DNA of 61,192 nucleotides, filler included, from Fonticula-like sp. SCN 57-25 (lineage: Eukaryota): NCBI GenBank assembly GCA_001724245.1. It is 10 parts of 10 records of this genome, joined end to end, with 100 filler letters (N's around TTAATTAATTAA, not from the genome) between each part and the next. Parts side by side here need not be neighbours in the genome. Positions count along the whole stretch, not along the records: positions 32,058 to 38,590 come from MEDX01000665.1; positions 38,691 to 43,743 come from MEDX01000666.1; positions 43,844 to 50,615 come from MEDX01000667.1; 7 more parts are not named here. The stretch is one strand, 5' to 3'. A model generated the notes under the pieces. The model was not told the origin of the DNA and searched no databases. It was given only the letters and a program-made list of their open reading frames with translations. Below, piece by piece: positions 33,709 to 46,800 of this stretch. How positions within the stretch are numbered: the first letter of the stretch is position 1; every line of letters starts with the position of its first letter. A program made the position numbers and the translations under genes.

Positions 33709-36700
33709 CTACGCCATGTACACAAACACGTCCTTATCCCCCTCCGCCCTCATAATATACTCCTTCTCAATCAATATATCAATGCACTTTTTAATATCCG
33801 CAATCGACGGATAAAACCTCGACTGCAGCTGCCCAATCACCTCATTCACCAGCGCCACGTGCTTCAGCTGCTTCCTCGTCTTCATCACGCGCACGATCGC
33901 CGCCTGAATTAGCAACTTTCTGTCCTCTTGCACGTGCTTGTGCGTCTCCTCCTGCTCGACGCGCTGCTCCGCCTTTAGCGGCATATTCAAATTAATCTTG
34001 AATTTCTTGCTCTTATAATCGGCATTAAGGCGGTACGTGGCCGCATTTCCCGCGCTTTCATCATCGCATAAAAGAACACGTGACTTTACAATGATGGCGA
34101 GCACTTGTTTTAGTATGTCGTCTGAGAGCTTTGTGGCGGCGGCGGCGTCGGAAAAGGTGACTGTTTCGGCGTCGTTGAAGAGCAAAAGTACGCACATTTG
34201 GTATGTGGACACTTGGAATGTGTAACCGGCGCGGTTGTTGCGGATGTACGTGGCCTTGAGCTCGCCTTTGGAGAGGTGGTAGAGGAAGGTGAGCTTGCGG
34301 CCGTTGTGTTTTTGGGTGTAAAAGGTGTTGAACAGCGTCACTTGGCGCTCAAGCTGGGGAGAAGAAAGGGGGGAAAGTGAGAAAAGTGGAGAAAAGTGGA
34401 GAAAAGTGGAGAAAAAGAGAGAAGAATGAAGAAAAAAGAGAGAAAAAGAGAGAAAAACAATGAAAAAACAAATAAAATTGAAGAAAAAACAATGAAAAAC
34501 ACATAAAATTGAAGAAAAACAATGAAAAAGACAACAAAAAGAGGAAAAAAGATATCAAAAAAGTGTCAATAATATAACCATTATCATAATGGCCACGTAC
34601 GTTCTCGGGAAGTGCGAGTGAAGTTGAAGTTGCCATTGATGGCCACCACGCATAAGTTGAAGTTGCCATTGATGGCCACCACGCATGGCCAAGTACCATC
34701 ACACTCAGATCAACTATAATTGGGTTAGAATGAAGGAAGGAAAGAGTAAAATGATACAGTAATGATACAGTAAAGTGCATCAAATGAACATATTATCATG
34801 TTAAATGACATGAAAATGTCATTAATGTGCACACATCATCATATGAAACAACACTCAAATTGACACCAATTCACACATGAAATCAAAGAAATCACACATA
34901 AAACCAACATTATTACATCATCAACCATACTCTTACATCATTATCAACCATACTCATACATCATCAACAACCCACATTAACCCATATTAACCCATATTAA
35001 CCCTCTCTTCCCTCTATTAACCCTTCCCTTTCCCTTTCCCTTTCCCTTTCCCTTCTCTTCCCCCTTCGTACTGTCCGACTTGGCCGCCATCTGAAACTCG
35101 CCATTCAAATCCCTCGACGTCTGCACATCATTAAACATCCTATGCAACTTGCTCGTATACTCAAACCCACACGCCTCCTTCAGCTTCCCTATCATACTTT
35201 CCTCCGCCTCTTCCGACACACTCACACCGCCAATCAGCCGCTTAGCAAGCATCTTTGAAAAGAACTTTTGAAACACATCCTTATCCTCAACATACTTGAA
35301 CACAACCATGACACTTTTAAGCACGTCTTCGAGCTTGGATTCTTCAGGGTTTTTGGCGCTCTTTTTCAATATGGAATCGCAGAAGCGAGCAAGTAATTCG
35401 GGTGATTTTGTTGTGGATTTGGCGCAGGCAGCGTTTCTGTTTACTATTTCGCGGCACGCCTTGTCGAGTGACGCGACAAATGTGGCGTCGGAGCGGAAAG
35501 AACGACTCACCAAGTCACTATACTTGCGATGCACAGTCAGCAAAGCATCGACATATTGCTTTGGGTCATTCTCTGCATTGTCTGCAATCGCGTCAATCGC
35601 AGACAGCCCCACACTCTTCACATGTGCCTCAAAATAGCGCCTCAGTGGGTCCAGACCAGTCGCCAATCGCCCCATCAGCGCATAAACACGTGACAAGTCA
35701 CCCTCCCTATCATCAGCCAGCATCGCCTTGAAATCTTCCGCGATCACATCCTGATGCGCAGCCAACAATTCCTCATCGCATACACGCACGAGCAGCTTGC
35801 GCGTCGAATCATGAAGGTAAAGCTGCACACGGCGCTCTTCTTCTTCAATGCGATGCTCGACTTTGATAAGGAATTCGCTCACGGAATGTTCCAGAATAAA
35901 CTGGCTCGACTCGGCTTTAAAATAGGCACGTGTCGCGTCAAGAAAAGCGGTTTGAAAGTGCTCTTCGTAGACTTCGGTGCTGCCGCGGGCGCCGTCGGAG
36001 TCTTCGACGCCCAGGGCCACGTAGCTGTCGATGACGCCTTTGAGGAGGGAGAGGTTGACGGAGGCGCCGCTGCGGTGGCGGGCGATGAGGGAGAGGAGGC
36101 AGGAGGTGAGGGTGGATTTGAGTTCGAGGAACATGTGCGTGCGCCACACAATCATCGCGAGCTAGGGAAGTGGGGTGAGGGAAGGGAAAAGGAGAGGAAA
36201 AGGAGAGAAAAGGTATGAAAAAACACGAAAAATGCATGAACAAACATATAAAATATGGTCAAGAATGCATCAATGACACACAGAGTATCATGTTTAAATG
36301 ACATGAAAATATACAAAACATGCTCAAACCACACACAATACATGACCAATTCATCATCAAAACATACTCAAAACATGACTAAAACATACTTTAACCACTC
36401 AAACCACCATCAAACCATACTCATATTCATACTCATATCCATACTCATATTCATATTCAAACCACCATCCAAACCCCAATATATCATGATTCACGTACCG
36501 TGTAAACAGGATAGACGTCCCTCTTTTTCTCCTCCAACTGCCTCTTAATCCAATTCCTATTCAAGTAATTGGCCAAATGCGAGATCACCTTGCCGGCATG
36601 CTCGTAGCTGTCCCAGTTTTTCAGGTAATAGTTGAGCAGCGTCTCGTCCATAAGGCCACTCGCATTGGCGCGAAGTGAGGTCACGTGAGCAGCAAGGTAG

Positions 36701-36998
36701 GAGCGAAGGCGTTCGTAGAGTTCTTGCCCGCCAAATTTGGCGCCAGCTGCACATCGGCATGTCATCAGTGAATCGTCATCGGAATCACGGGAATCATCAG
36801 GATCAAAAGGGGATGATGCGCACCAGAGTCGCTTTTCTCGCCAGATGCGCTTGGCTTGACGCAAAAGTCGTACAGCGCGGTGTAGTAGAGCATAAACTCT
36901 TTGTAGGGGATGTCGCGGTCATAGTGCTGCAGGACGCGGTCGATGCCGGGGCGAGCCGTGCTCCATGCCTGCTCGAGATCCGCGCTGCGCGATGCCAT
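33709..36998 (-). CDS. CUL1: Cullin-1-like protein, spliced
   Basis: GQELYERL, YLNRNWIKR, KSPELLARFCDSILKKSAKNPEE, VFKYVEDKDVFQKFFSKMLAKRL, LKEACGFEYTSKL; neddylation domain EDRKLLIQAAIVRVMK..IKKCIDILIEKEY. Confidence 0.9.
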
Positions 36999-38213
36999 CG
37001 CCGACACGATCACGCCGCAGACGTCGGAATAGGACGCGTACTTGGGGGGATGGGGGGATGAGGTGGCGGGATGCGCGGCGGGGGGGCACGAGAGGGATGA
37101 GGAGAGCGGCGGGATGCACGGGAAGGATGCGGCAGGTGCGACGACAGAGGTGGGGCGCGGCGACGGCGGAGGGTCGAGGCGCGTGTTTCGCGGCTGGGAA
37201 AGAGAAAAAAAGTGCGCGGGAAAAGAGAAAAAGAAAGGGAAAAAGGGTCAGAAATGTGCGTCATCGGGGGATGCCGGAGGAGAAAGACACGAAAAAGAAG
37301 AGGCAAAGGAAGGATTATAACAGAAAACATACGGGGCGCGTGAACAGAGTGCGAAGGCAGCTCATTCGCGGCGCTCGCCGGGCATGCGGACCGCAAAAGA
37401 ACACACGAAAAAGAAGCGAATCGCCCTGCACGACACGATACGTCGGCGCAAAAGGGCACTTTTCGCCCCTGCGGCCGCCACGGCACACCCCACGAAACAA
37501 CACTCACACGCACAACACGAGCGATTCCCCTTGCCTTGGGCCACGCCAAGCAAACGGCATATTCAAAAGCCCCTTCTTTTGCCCGCCAACGGACGCACGT
37601 ACCTATTAACTGAGATGGGCCGCTTACGTGGGATCCCCTTTTGCCCGCGAAAGGGAGGGGGTTGCGAAAGCGGGAAAGCGAGGGCGAATCAAGCGCCAAC
37701 GCTTTAATTGAATAAAGCGGTTGGGAAAAGGACGCAGAGAGGATGCTCGGCGGCCAAAGGCGAGCAGAGCGAGTGACGATAGAGAGAGCGACGGGTGGTC
37801 GGCTGCAGAGTGCGCTGATGCCAAAAATGAGCTCAGTTGACGCGGCAGCGCTCCAAGTCGGTTTGGTTGGTTTCGTAGGTTTCAGGTCGGTTTTGGTCCG
37901 TCTTTGGTCGGTCTCGGACAATTTGTGTCACAATTAAGTGCCCGCAGACGTGTTTTTCAAGTGCAATTGTATGTAAAGTAAGTGAACTAGGTGCTCCTAT
38001 TGTACACAAAGTACTTTACACTTTTTAAAGCTCCAAAAAATGACAAAAGATCAGCATTCGGCAGATTCCCGCGCGATCTTTCGCCGACCGGCATCGATCA
38101 CATGCCTGTCACAGCCCTGTGACCCAAACAAACCAGCACATTCCATCCGGCTTGTTGGTGGTCTTTCGGTGGGCCGAGGCATCGACAAGGATCCCGAGCC
38201 GAACGACGGCGCC

Positions 38214-38590
38214 ATGGTGACCGATCGGAAGCCGTCGTTTGTGGACTTGACGCCCGGCGCGTCTTCCGAATCGCTGACATCGATGCGCAAGCACAGCGGA
38301 TCGCTTACCGACCTGACGGGCGGCAGCCCATCCCCGGTGGCCAAGCGCCGCACGTCAAAATCGGGCACGCCGCCGCCGGCCATGCTGCGCGCGCCGACGC
38401 CCGAGCTGATGATGATCCCGGGGAGTCCAGGACGCTCGCGGGCGTCGACGCCGCGCGAGGCGGCTGTGCTGACGCCGCAGGCGGGCGAGTCGATCGTCGG
38501 CGTGCTGCAGGCGCAGGTGTCGGAGGGGAGCAAATCCTACAAGCCATTCCTCTTTACAAAGTCGAGCATCTTTCTCAAAGAGTACCGACT
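38214..38590 (+). CDS. Hypothetical protein, 3'-truncated
   Basis: GC-rich open frame (MVTDRKPSFVDL..) with a Ser/Pro-rich N-terminus running into the contig end. No family recognised. Confidence 0.5.
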
Positions 38591-38690
38591 NNNNNNNNNN
38601 NNNNNNNNNNNNNNNNNNNNNNNNNNNNNNNNNNTTAATTAATTAANNNNNNNNNNNNNNNNNNNNNNNNNNNNNNNNNNNNNNNNNNNN
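38591..38690. other. Artificial contig linker
   Basis: N-TTAATTAATTAA-N. Confidence 0.98.
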
Positions 38691-39747
38691 TGGCCAATTG
38701 TCGAAGTAAATGAACCCCATAATTGATTTTGGTCGAAAATTGGATTTGATAGTAAAATTGAAAATTGATTTTCGAAGTAAATGGACCCTTGGTGGGAATG
38801 GACTGCAACCCTAATTTTAAATAACTCCCAGAAGAAATGCGAACCTGTGGGTAGTCTCAACGTGATAACTAAATCGGACCCTTCTAATAACCCTTCTAAT
38901 AAACCGCTCGCTGGCGGTGATACGTTATCGGCCCTGTTTCGAGAAATGTATCACGGCTTTGAGATTCCAGCGATGGATGCGTCTGTGAGATCATCTGAAG
39001 ATAAGTATTTCAAGTATGACGACTCGTGGACGCGTAAAAATAAGCGAAAGCGGTCTCAAAATGATAATGCTGCTAGCGTCAGCAAGGTTCAGAGAAAAAC
39101 AGAATGATAGTACCCGTATTCTTCGCAGTGCGGCAAAACCACCAAATCCAACGCAGAGTTGACTGTACTGTATTGGTCGCGGTAAACAATAAATGCACTC
39201 TGAATATGCTGGTCATATGGTAGTCTTTTGTATATCAACGCTGCTTTTGACAGCCGACGCACAGAACATTGGTAGTGTATTATCGCAACTTTGCAGAGTA
39301 TGTGTAACTGAGTGTGCCAACGAACAAATACCTATGGTGGGTTAAGACAAACCGTACCAGGTATCGTACAGTACGATATGATATCATAATTATGATCAAT
39401 ATCATACCAGGTACGGTATGATATCATATGATCAATATCATAATAATTATGCATAAAAAAAATCATTATCATCCCGGTACTATATGATATCATATTATGT
39501 ATGATAATTATGATTTCGTACATATTGAAACTGTAAAAGAGATCTGCTATGACTGTGTGACAGGACGGTATGGCACAATCGATTATCGAGTTTGAGTCGA
39601 GTTTGTGAAGTGAAATTGTGGAGTGAATTGTGGAGTGAAATTGGAGTGAAAGTGAATGTGAAAGTGAATTGAAAGTGAAAAGTTTGTATTGCACCGCATG
39701 CGAAAATCCTACGTGGCCATTTTTGTCCGGGGGAGAAAAAGATTACA

Positions 39748-39865
39748 TGTGGGTACCCGGATTCGAGCCGGGGTTGTTCGGACCACAACCGAAAGTACTA
39801 ACCACTATACGAGCCGGGGTTGTTCGGACCACAACCGAAAGTACTAACCACTATACGATACCCAC
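39748..39865 (-). tRNA. tRNA-His(GTG) with a 46-nt internal tandem duplication as assembled
   Basis: With one copy collapsed: GTGGGTATCGTATAGTGGTTAGTACTTTCGGTTGTGGTCCGAACAACCCCGGCTCGAATCCGGGTACCCACA. Perfect acceptor stem, GTG anticodon, T5 run downstream. Confidence 0.85.
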
Positions 39866-39995
39866 GAGAACAAACGAGCAAAGAAAGTGTTATGAACCAC
39901 TGACTCTTTTGCTTATTGAGAAAAAGCCGCACGCGGCGTCACTGTGCCACACAAGCGCTTGCCCACCACCCCAACTACACACCGTCCCCTGCATC

Positions 39996-41345
39996 ATGGC
40001 ACTCAGGATGAGCTCGCAGCGGCTAGTGCGTGCGGCGCTCGCGTCGCAGGCGAGGGCTCCCGTGCAGCCCGCTGCCGCGGTGAGCGCGCGCGGCATGTCG
40101 CTGCTCGGCAACCTCTTTGGCGGCAAGGGCAAGCCCGCTGCCGATGCCGATGCCGACAAGCCCAAGGATAAGAGCAAGGAGGAGGGGGGGAAGAAGGAGG
40201 CCGCGGGAGGGGACGTGGCCGGTCAGGCGCAGCAGAAGGCGGCGGAGGCGCTAAAGTCGGCGCAGGCGTCGGCGGCGGACGCCCTCGGTCGCGCCAAGGA
40301 GGCCATCACAAAGGTGCGTCTCCCTCGATTTGCCGCATTGGAATGCTAAGCTGAGCGCCGGTGTGTGTTTCAGCCCGACGTTGCTTCGTTTAAGCGCGCG
40401 CTTGATGAGGCGCGGCGCGACTTGCTAGAGTCCTCGGGTGCGCATCTGTACGGCGGCTGGGTGCCCAAGGAGACGCGGGACAAGTACCGCGCGCTCAAGA
40501 AGAAGGAGTACGAGCTTGAGGTGGCCAACCGCGCCGCCTACGAAAAGATGATGGAGAGCGACCCCGAGTACGCGTCATTTTCCACATGTTTTCCATTATA
40601 CTGACGCGATGATGCCGCGCAGGGCGGGATCGAGCGTTGTGATGCACAAGGACTCTACGCTGTCGCAAGCGTGGAAAAAGTTCAAGGACACGAACCCCGT
40701 CATGCAGAACCTGGACACGCTCAAATCGAAATATGAGAGCAGCGACAACCTCGTTGCCGTGTACCTGCACCGCTTCCAGGACTCTATCCGCGGCATGTTT
40801 GCCGAGAACGAGCACGCGCAGGTGATGCGCGAGATCCGCATGATCGACCCCAACTTTGAGGTCGAGCGGTGGCTCCGCGAGGTGCAGCAGTACATCATCC
40901 CCGAGGTGCTCGACGCGTTCATGCGCGGCGACCTCGAGACGCTCCGCCTCTGGTGCTCGGACGGCGTACGCCTTTTTCTTTTCCTTTTATGCCTCGGCCG
41001 GCACTGACCCTGCCCCCCCTGCAGCCGTACAATGTGCTCCAGATGACCATTGACCAGCAGCGCCAGGAAGGCCACGTGATCGACTCGAAAGTGATGGACC
41101 TTCGGAATGTTGACCTTGCGATGGCGCGCATGATTGACGGCCGGCCGGTGCTCGTCGTGTCGTTCATGACGTACCAGGTGACGCTCATCCGCGACGCGTC
41201 GGGCCTCGTCATCGAGGGGAAGGAGAACGATATCAGCCGCGTCGGGTACGTCATGGCGCTCTACCGCGAGGCCGACCGCCACCCAATCACGGGCGGGTGG
41301 AAGGTGATTGAAATCGGTATCGAGTCCGCCACCGCGGCTTTTTAG
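39996..41345 (+). CDS. TIM44: Mitochondrial import translocase subunit TIM44, spliced
   Basis: Arg-rich presequence, AWKKFKDTNP, YESSDN, FAENEHAQVMREIRMIDPNF, YIIPEVLDAFMRGDLETLRLWCS, IDSKVMDLR. Confidence 0.9.
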
Positions 41346-41713
41346 AGACGACCTGCAGATGGGTTCATATTCAAATCATGTCTACCTACCTACCTACCTA
41401 CCTATCTAATGCCTGTATAATTCCCCTCTATCACTATCTCCCCGTCGTCTCTATTACTCTGCCCTTTCCCGCGGCTGTTTTCTTTTGCACATGCCATGTG
41501 GCATACCATCGCAACACGAATGTACAATGAAATATCGATGATAATGCGCGCATAGCAAATTCGTTTATTATTCACATATCGCCGGGGCGAAAGCCAGCGC
41601 AAGGCGCGGGCAGGCCGCCCCGGCGACGAACAAGCGCAGAAATGTGCACGAATACATGTCAATGAGAAACAAATGATCATACCCAAACAACATACACTTT
41701 GCCTCCTGTGGAA

Positions 41714-43105
41714 CTAGAACTGCATCATCTGGCCGCGCGGCTTGAACAGCATGTTTGTGCGGATGCCCATCCGCATGCGGTGGTACGCCTGCGTGTGGAG
41801 GAACGAGCGAACGTCCCGGCTCTCCTCGGGCGTCTTGGCGTGCCAGCCGAGCGCGCGATACTGGTTGACAAGCTTGTTGACAAGCGTAGAGGCGCGAGGC
41901 TAAACATCTGTCAGAAAAGGGTAAAGAAAAACACTGAAAGAACAGCAAAACAACAGCAAAACAACAGCAAAACAACAGCAAAACAGCAAAAACCAATAGT
42001 GATGCGTACATCTTCCGGCTTGAACTTTTGCTTGTAGAAGCGGTCCATGGAGCGGTGAGCGACGCGGCGGCCCGACGGGAGCACCAGCTGCATTCCGCTC
42101 TCATCCATGACGGCGGCGCTGCACCAAAAACATTAGTCACTACCCACCAAACATATCTAAAAGAGCGCACTTGTCGGCCGGGTCGATCTCTGCGTCGGCG
42201 TTTTCGGGGTCATAGTCGGGGTACGACGGCCTAAAGTCGTAAAAGTCGTCGATTCCCTCGTCCATGTCGTCCTCGTAGTAGATCTTGCAGTGCCCCTTGT
42301 CGACCATGTGCCGCTGCGTGGCCTCGATCGACGCGAACCCGCGCGTGCAGTAGATGCACATGTTGCCGATGGAGATGGACTCGCCGAGGTACCGGATCAG
42401 GCCCTCGAGGTCGACGACAAACTCGGCATCGGGCACAAACAGGCTGTGCACGACCGTCATGTGGTCCATATTCGACTCAAAGTCGGCGCTCTCGTGAGAG
42501 CAGAAAATGCATTCATTTGAAGTAAACTTGCGCGCCTCCGCGATGCGGCGGTCAATCTCCTCCTGCGTCATCTCACCGGCTTCCACGGCATCGTCTTGGG
42601 CAGCGCCGGTCGCGGCGGGCAGAGGAGCGCCAGACTGGTCGCTGATCACCATGTCGTCCGCCTCGGTCGACTTGGGCTTGCGTGGCGTTACGCCGCGGGC
42701 GGCGTTCTCAAGATGACGCTTGCTGTTCAGGTGATTCGTGTACGAATTCAACGTACCAAACGACTTGCTAGAGCGGCATCGTCAGAGAGGCGCCAAGCAA
42801 CTAGAAAGAAGAGCGTACCAGCATGCTTCGCAGTAGCCGCTGTACTGAGCCTTCTGCTCCTCCTCCTCCAGCTTGGCCTGTTGATCTACAAAGTGGCAAT
42901 ATCATTGGTAAGCGACGACGTGGAACGAACGCGGCGACGCACTGACGACGCGCTGATCAAAGTCAGCTTGAGAAATCGGCTTCATGTCGGCAACCTTGCG
43001 CTTCAGGTTGTAGCGGTGCCAGTCCGACTTGTAGTGCGCGCGCTGGTCGTCCGCAAGGCGGAAGCCGACATAGCACGTAATGCAGGTGAACAGAGGCCCC
43101 TCCAT
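41714..43105 (-). CDS. REI1: Pre-60S factor REI1 / ZNF622, spliced
   Basis: FTCITC..QRAHYKSDWHRYNLKRKVA, NHLNSKRH, CIFC..HMTVVHS, CIYC..HMVDKGHCK, DFYDF..SY, LVLPSGRRVAHRS..FYKQ. Confidence 0.92.
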
Positions 43106-43743
43106 GTTTGGCGATCGAGGGACGCGACGACTGACCAAGCTTATTCGCCACGTGTGCTTACGTCATACACTGCAAACTGCAAATTTGTAATGCTAAATCG
43201 CATGCGATTTTGAGATCTGCCATCAAATTTGACGTGATAACTTTGTCAAAACGCGCATTGAACAATGCGCCAGAGTGCCAGTACTCTTGCAAGACTGTTG
43301 CTCAGTTGTGGCCCAAGCGAGACAAGAAAGGAAGCACTTTTTTTCATCCTTCAAACATATCAAAAGGGAAAGATTTCAAGCAGTCCATCAAGTAGATTTG
43401 TAGTCTTACCAATGTGATCTGTTGAGCGAAAGAGAGAAATGTCCGCCTCACTGAAAGCATCTAGATCAACTCTCAAACAACACTGGTACATTGTATACTT
43501 TGCTATTTTCACCACATATGACCTGTTTGTACTCTTATTCTTGGGCTATTTAGCGCGCAATGCATCAATACAGTTTAATAGGAATATTGGACCAATCACA
43601 AGCGACGATTCGCATAATCGACCAATCGCTGATCATCGTCTACTTTGACACTGTTCCTCGCCCTTCCCTTGCGAGCGTACAATGCCTTCCCAACTATAAA
43701 CGGTTTTTTGCTGTGCCACTGAAGGAGGATAATACTGTATTCA

Positions 43744-43843
43744 NNNNNNNNNNNNNNNNNNNNNNNNNNNNNNNNNNNNNNNNNNNNTTAATTAATTAAN
43801 NNNNNNNNNNNNNNNNNNNNNNNNNNNNNNNNNNNNNNNNNNN
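43744..43843. other. Artificial contig linker
   Basis: N-TTAATTAATTAA-N. Confidence 0.98.
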
Positions 43844-46800
43844 CGAGGCGGACAAGCTGGCCAAGGACCTATTCGTGACATTCGAGGCACAGCGGCAAAG
43901 CGAGCGCCTGCTTACGTGCACCATCTCTAGGGAAATCAAGCAGTGTCCGCGCTCCAACCTCGTGCGCCGCCGCCGCCTCCCGCGCTTTGACGTGGACTCA
44001 CTCTCCGCCGACAGCTTTTCCGAACCAATTCGATCTGCACGAAAATTATGACGGTCTTTGCGAGGTCTCTTGGTCTTGAGTATTTGAAAGGAACTATTGG
44101 CGAGTGTGTGGAGGCCATCGCCAATTCCAACCGGTCTTACGAAGTCGACCCTTCAAGGTGCGACCTATGCCTCCGCGCCCTATACAGCAGCTAACAAGCG
44201 CGCAGAGCTCGGCCTGATGTTGACCTCGAGGACAATTTGGCGGCCGTTGGTCAACAAGTAGAGTTGTTTCTCCAGCGCATTCTGTCGTCGGTACGTCTTT
44301 TTCCTTTTCTGCTGCCACCCAATTAACGAGCCGCAATAGATCGAGCTGTTCCCAAAGCAGTTTCGGGAAGTGTGCGGCACTCTACAGTCAGTCGCCCTGA
44401 CAAAATTTGACGATTCGCGCTACACGACTGTGGCTGGCTTTTTTTTCCTGCGCTACCTCTGCCCCGCCGTCGTGTCGCCGCCGGCCTACGGCCTGCTGAG
44501 CAGGTACGAAGGCTGCCGAAGTCCGCGTCTGTGCTCATCAGCGTGCTTTCCGTAGCTTCCCCAAGAAGGACAGCCATCGTGGCTTGGTTTTGATTGCCAA
44601 GACTTTGCAGCTGATTGCGAACGGAGCCCGCTTTGGGTCCAAGGAGCCCTTCCTCGAGCCGCTGAACATAATCATCGACAAATACGAAACACCGTGCGCG
44701 CTGCCCCTTCACTGATCACCCCTGCGTCCAATTTTTAACATGTGCCTGCGCATAGTATCAAGCAATTTCTGGACCAGCTCGCGTCGCCAAACGCCATGGG
44801 CCCCGCCCTTGACCCTGTTGTTTACAGCGAATCAGAGCGGCAGGTTGCCCTGCACGGCCTGTACCAGCACATGTTGCGCGGGTCGCAGCACATCGAGGAG
44901 ACCATCCCGACTCTTGTGGGCGTCAGCAATGGCGCTGCTGCGTGGCACACGGCGCGCGGCGTCATCGGCGACCTTGACAACATTAGCCGCGCGCATCGCC
45001 CGGGAACCGTATCTGTGCGCGCCGGCTCGCTAAATTCTAAATGTCTCTTACCAGGTATTGTTTACAGTCGCCCAAAAAGCTGCAAGATCGGCTCTTTGCC
45101 GAGCCAAAGGTGCGCGTCCTCAACGTCGACATGGAGTGGCGCGATTCCGTGCGCTCTCCAAACGCAGTCGTGCTGGATCTCTTGTCGCGCCTGCGTCGCA
45201 TCGTCGAAGATAACGCGAGCATCCCGAGTGCGCAGCTTCCTTTCTGCGTTGCTATTTTTTACTGATGCTTGGGTCAGCGCGTGGGAGCTCTGGAAATGCG
45301 ACGACTTTCCTAGTAAACTGGGGTATGGTGGCCGAATCTGTCGACATGAAAGAATTCGTGCTTGATGCCGCCGAGTTGAGCAAGATTGACTTTAATCTCC
45401 TTACGACGCAAAAGGAGGCGATTTCCTTTTGGCTTAACGTGTTCAACATTATGGTGTTGCATATCTACGTAGAGAACGGAATCCCCAGCAGCAAGGGCCG
45501 CCGCCGCGCCATGTTTCACCTCTTCTCGTATGACATTTTTGGCCACCAATTCACGTTGGAGGGCATCATTGAAGGCGTCTTGCGCGGCAATTTCAAGGAC
45601 TACTTTAAGAAGAAGGACCCGCGCGCGCAGCTTTGCCTCAAGCAATACGACCCGCGCGCACACTTTGGCTATTCATTCCTGAACGAAACGAGGTTTGCAG
45701 AAACACTTTTTCTCTCTATCGATGCGCTAACAAGCGTGCCTTGCTTAGCCCGCCCATTCGTCTTTTCAAGCCAGAAACACTTTCGCAGCAGCTGTCGGCG
45801 GCCGCTGAGCAGTTCCTCCAGGAATCAGTGTCGGTCGACGAAGTCAAGCGCAAGATCAAGCTGCCGCCGCTTCTCAAGAACTACTACACGGATTTCGGCC
45901 AGTACGAGACAGACCTTTTCAGGTGGCTCGCACTTTATCTCGACCAGCAGACGCAGCAGGAGGCCAGTGCGTCTTTTTTGACTCTTTTTCTGCTGCTGAC
46001 AATTTATCAGGCAATATCATCTCCACTACGCACTACTCGATCGAGTACGCGGAGCATTCGTGGGAGCAACGCAAGCGCATCTTTCGCGTTGACCGGTCAT
46101 TAGACGACCATCTCGCTCCGGGCTCTGAGCGCCAATCACAAGTGCCCGTGGAGTGCGCCTTTTTAGCCTTTTTTATAGCTATATTAACATTTTTCAAGGG
46201 CGATTCTCGAGCACGTGAATGCAAACTCTACGGCAAACACGGCCAATGCAATCGTGCGTCGCTCTTTCTCTAACTATATTTGCAAATTAACGTGTGCCTT
46301 GCAGGATGTCATGGGCGTGCTCAATGTCGAGATGCGCTGGAGCGGTGCTGTGGCGGACCCCGTGGCGCTGTCGGCCCGTCTTCTTTCCCAAGTCCAAGTG
46401 GTGCGCAGCATACAAAGCACTATTTTTATATGCTGAATCGTGAGCGCAGCTGTGCCAGATGCACTTGTTTGAATGGGGGCGAATCGCAGGCAGCGCAGAA
46501 TTCAAGGCGTGGCAGGCGAGCACGGCCGAACTTCAGGCGGTACGTCCTTGTGCTCTGTGTCCATTAAATACTGACGATGATGTAGGTCAATCTTGATGAC
46601 ATGCCGACGCCGGACGCGCGCGCATTCTGGTTCAATGTCCACAATACACTTTTACTTCATCTTTACATCATCAAGGTTCGCTCACTCTTGGCCGCTCGCC
46701 ACGTGTCTAACAAACTTGCTTTGTAGCGGCCACCGGGCGAAATGAATGTCCTCAGCCGCAAGCACTTCTTTACGACGTACAAGTATGACGTTGGCGGATT

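Noticed and set aside
32058-36998. DDB1-cullin pair as a CRL4 gene cluster
   Set aside because: The cullin has CUL1-type motifs, whereas DDB1 partners CUL4, so the adjacency is likely chance.
38781-39510. 108-aa ORF and nearby imperfect AT-rich repeats as a mobile-element remnant
   Set aside because: No terminal repeats, target-site duplication or transposase motifs could be identified.
39764-39856. CRISPR-like direct repeats
   Set aside because: Two abutting copies with no spacer, inside a tRNA-His gene, and no cas genes in a eukaryotic context.
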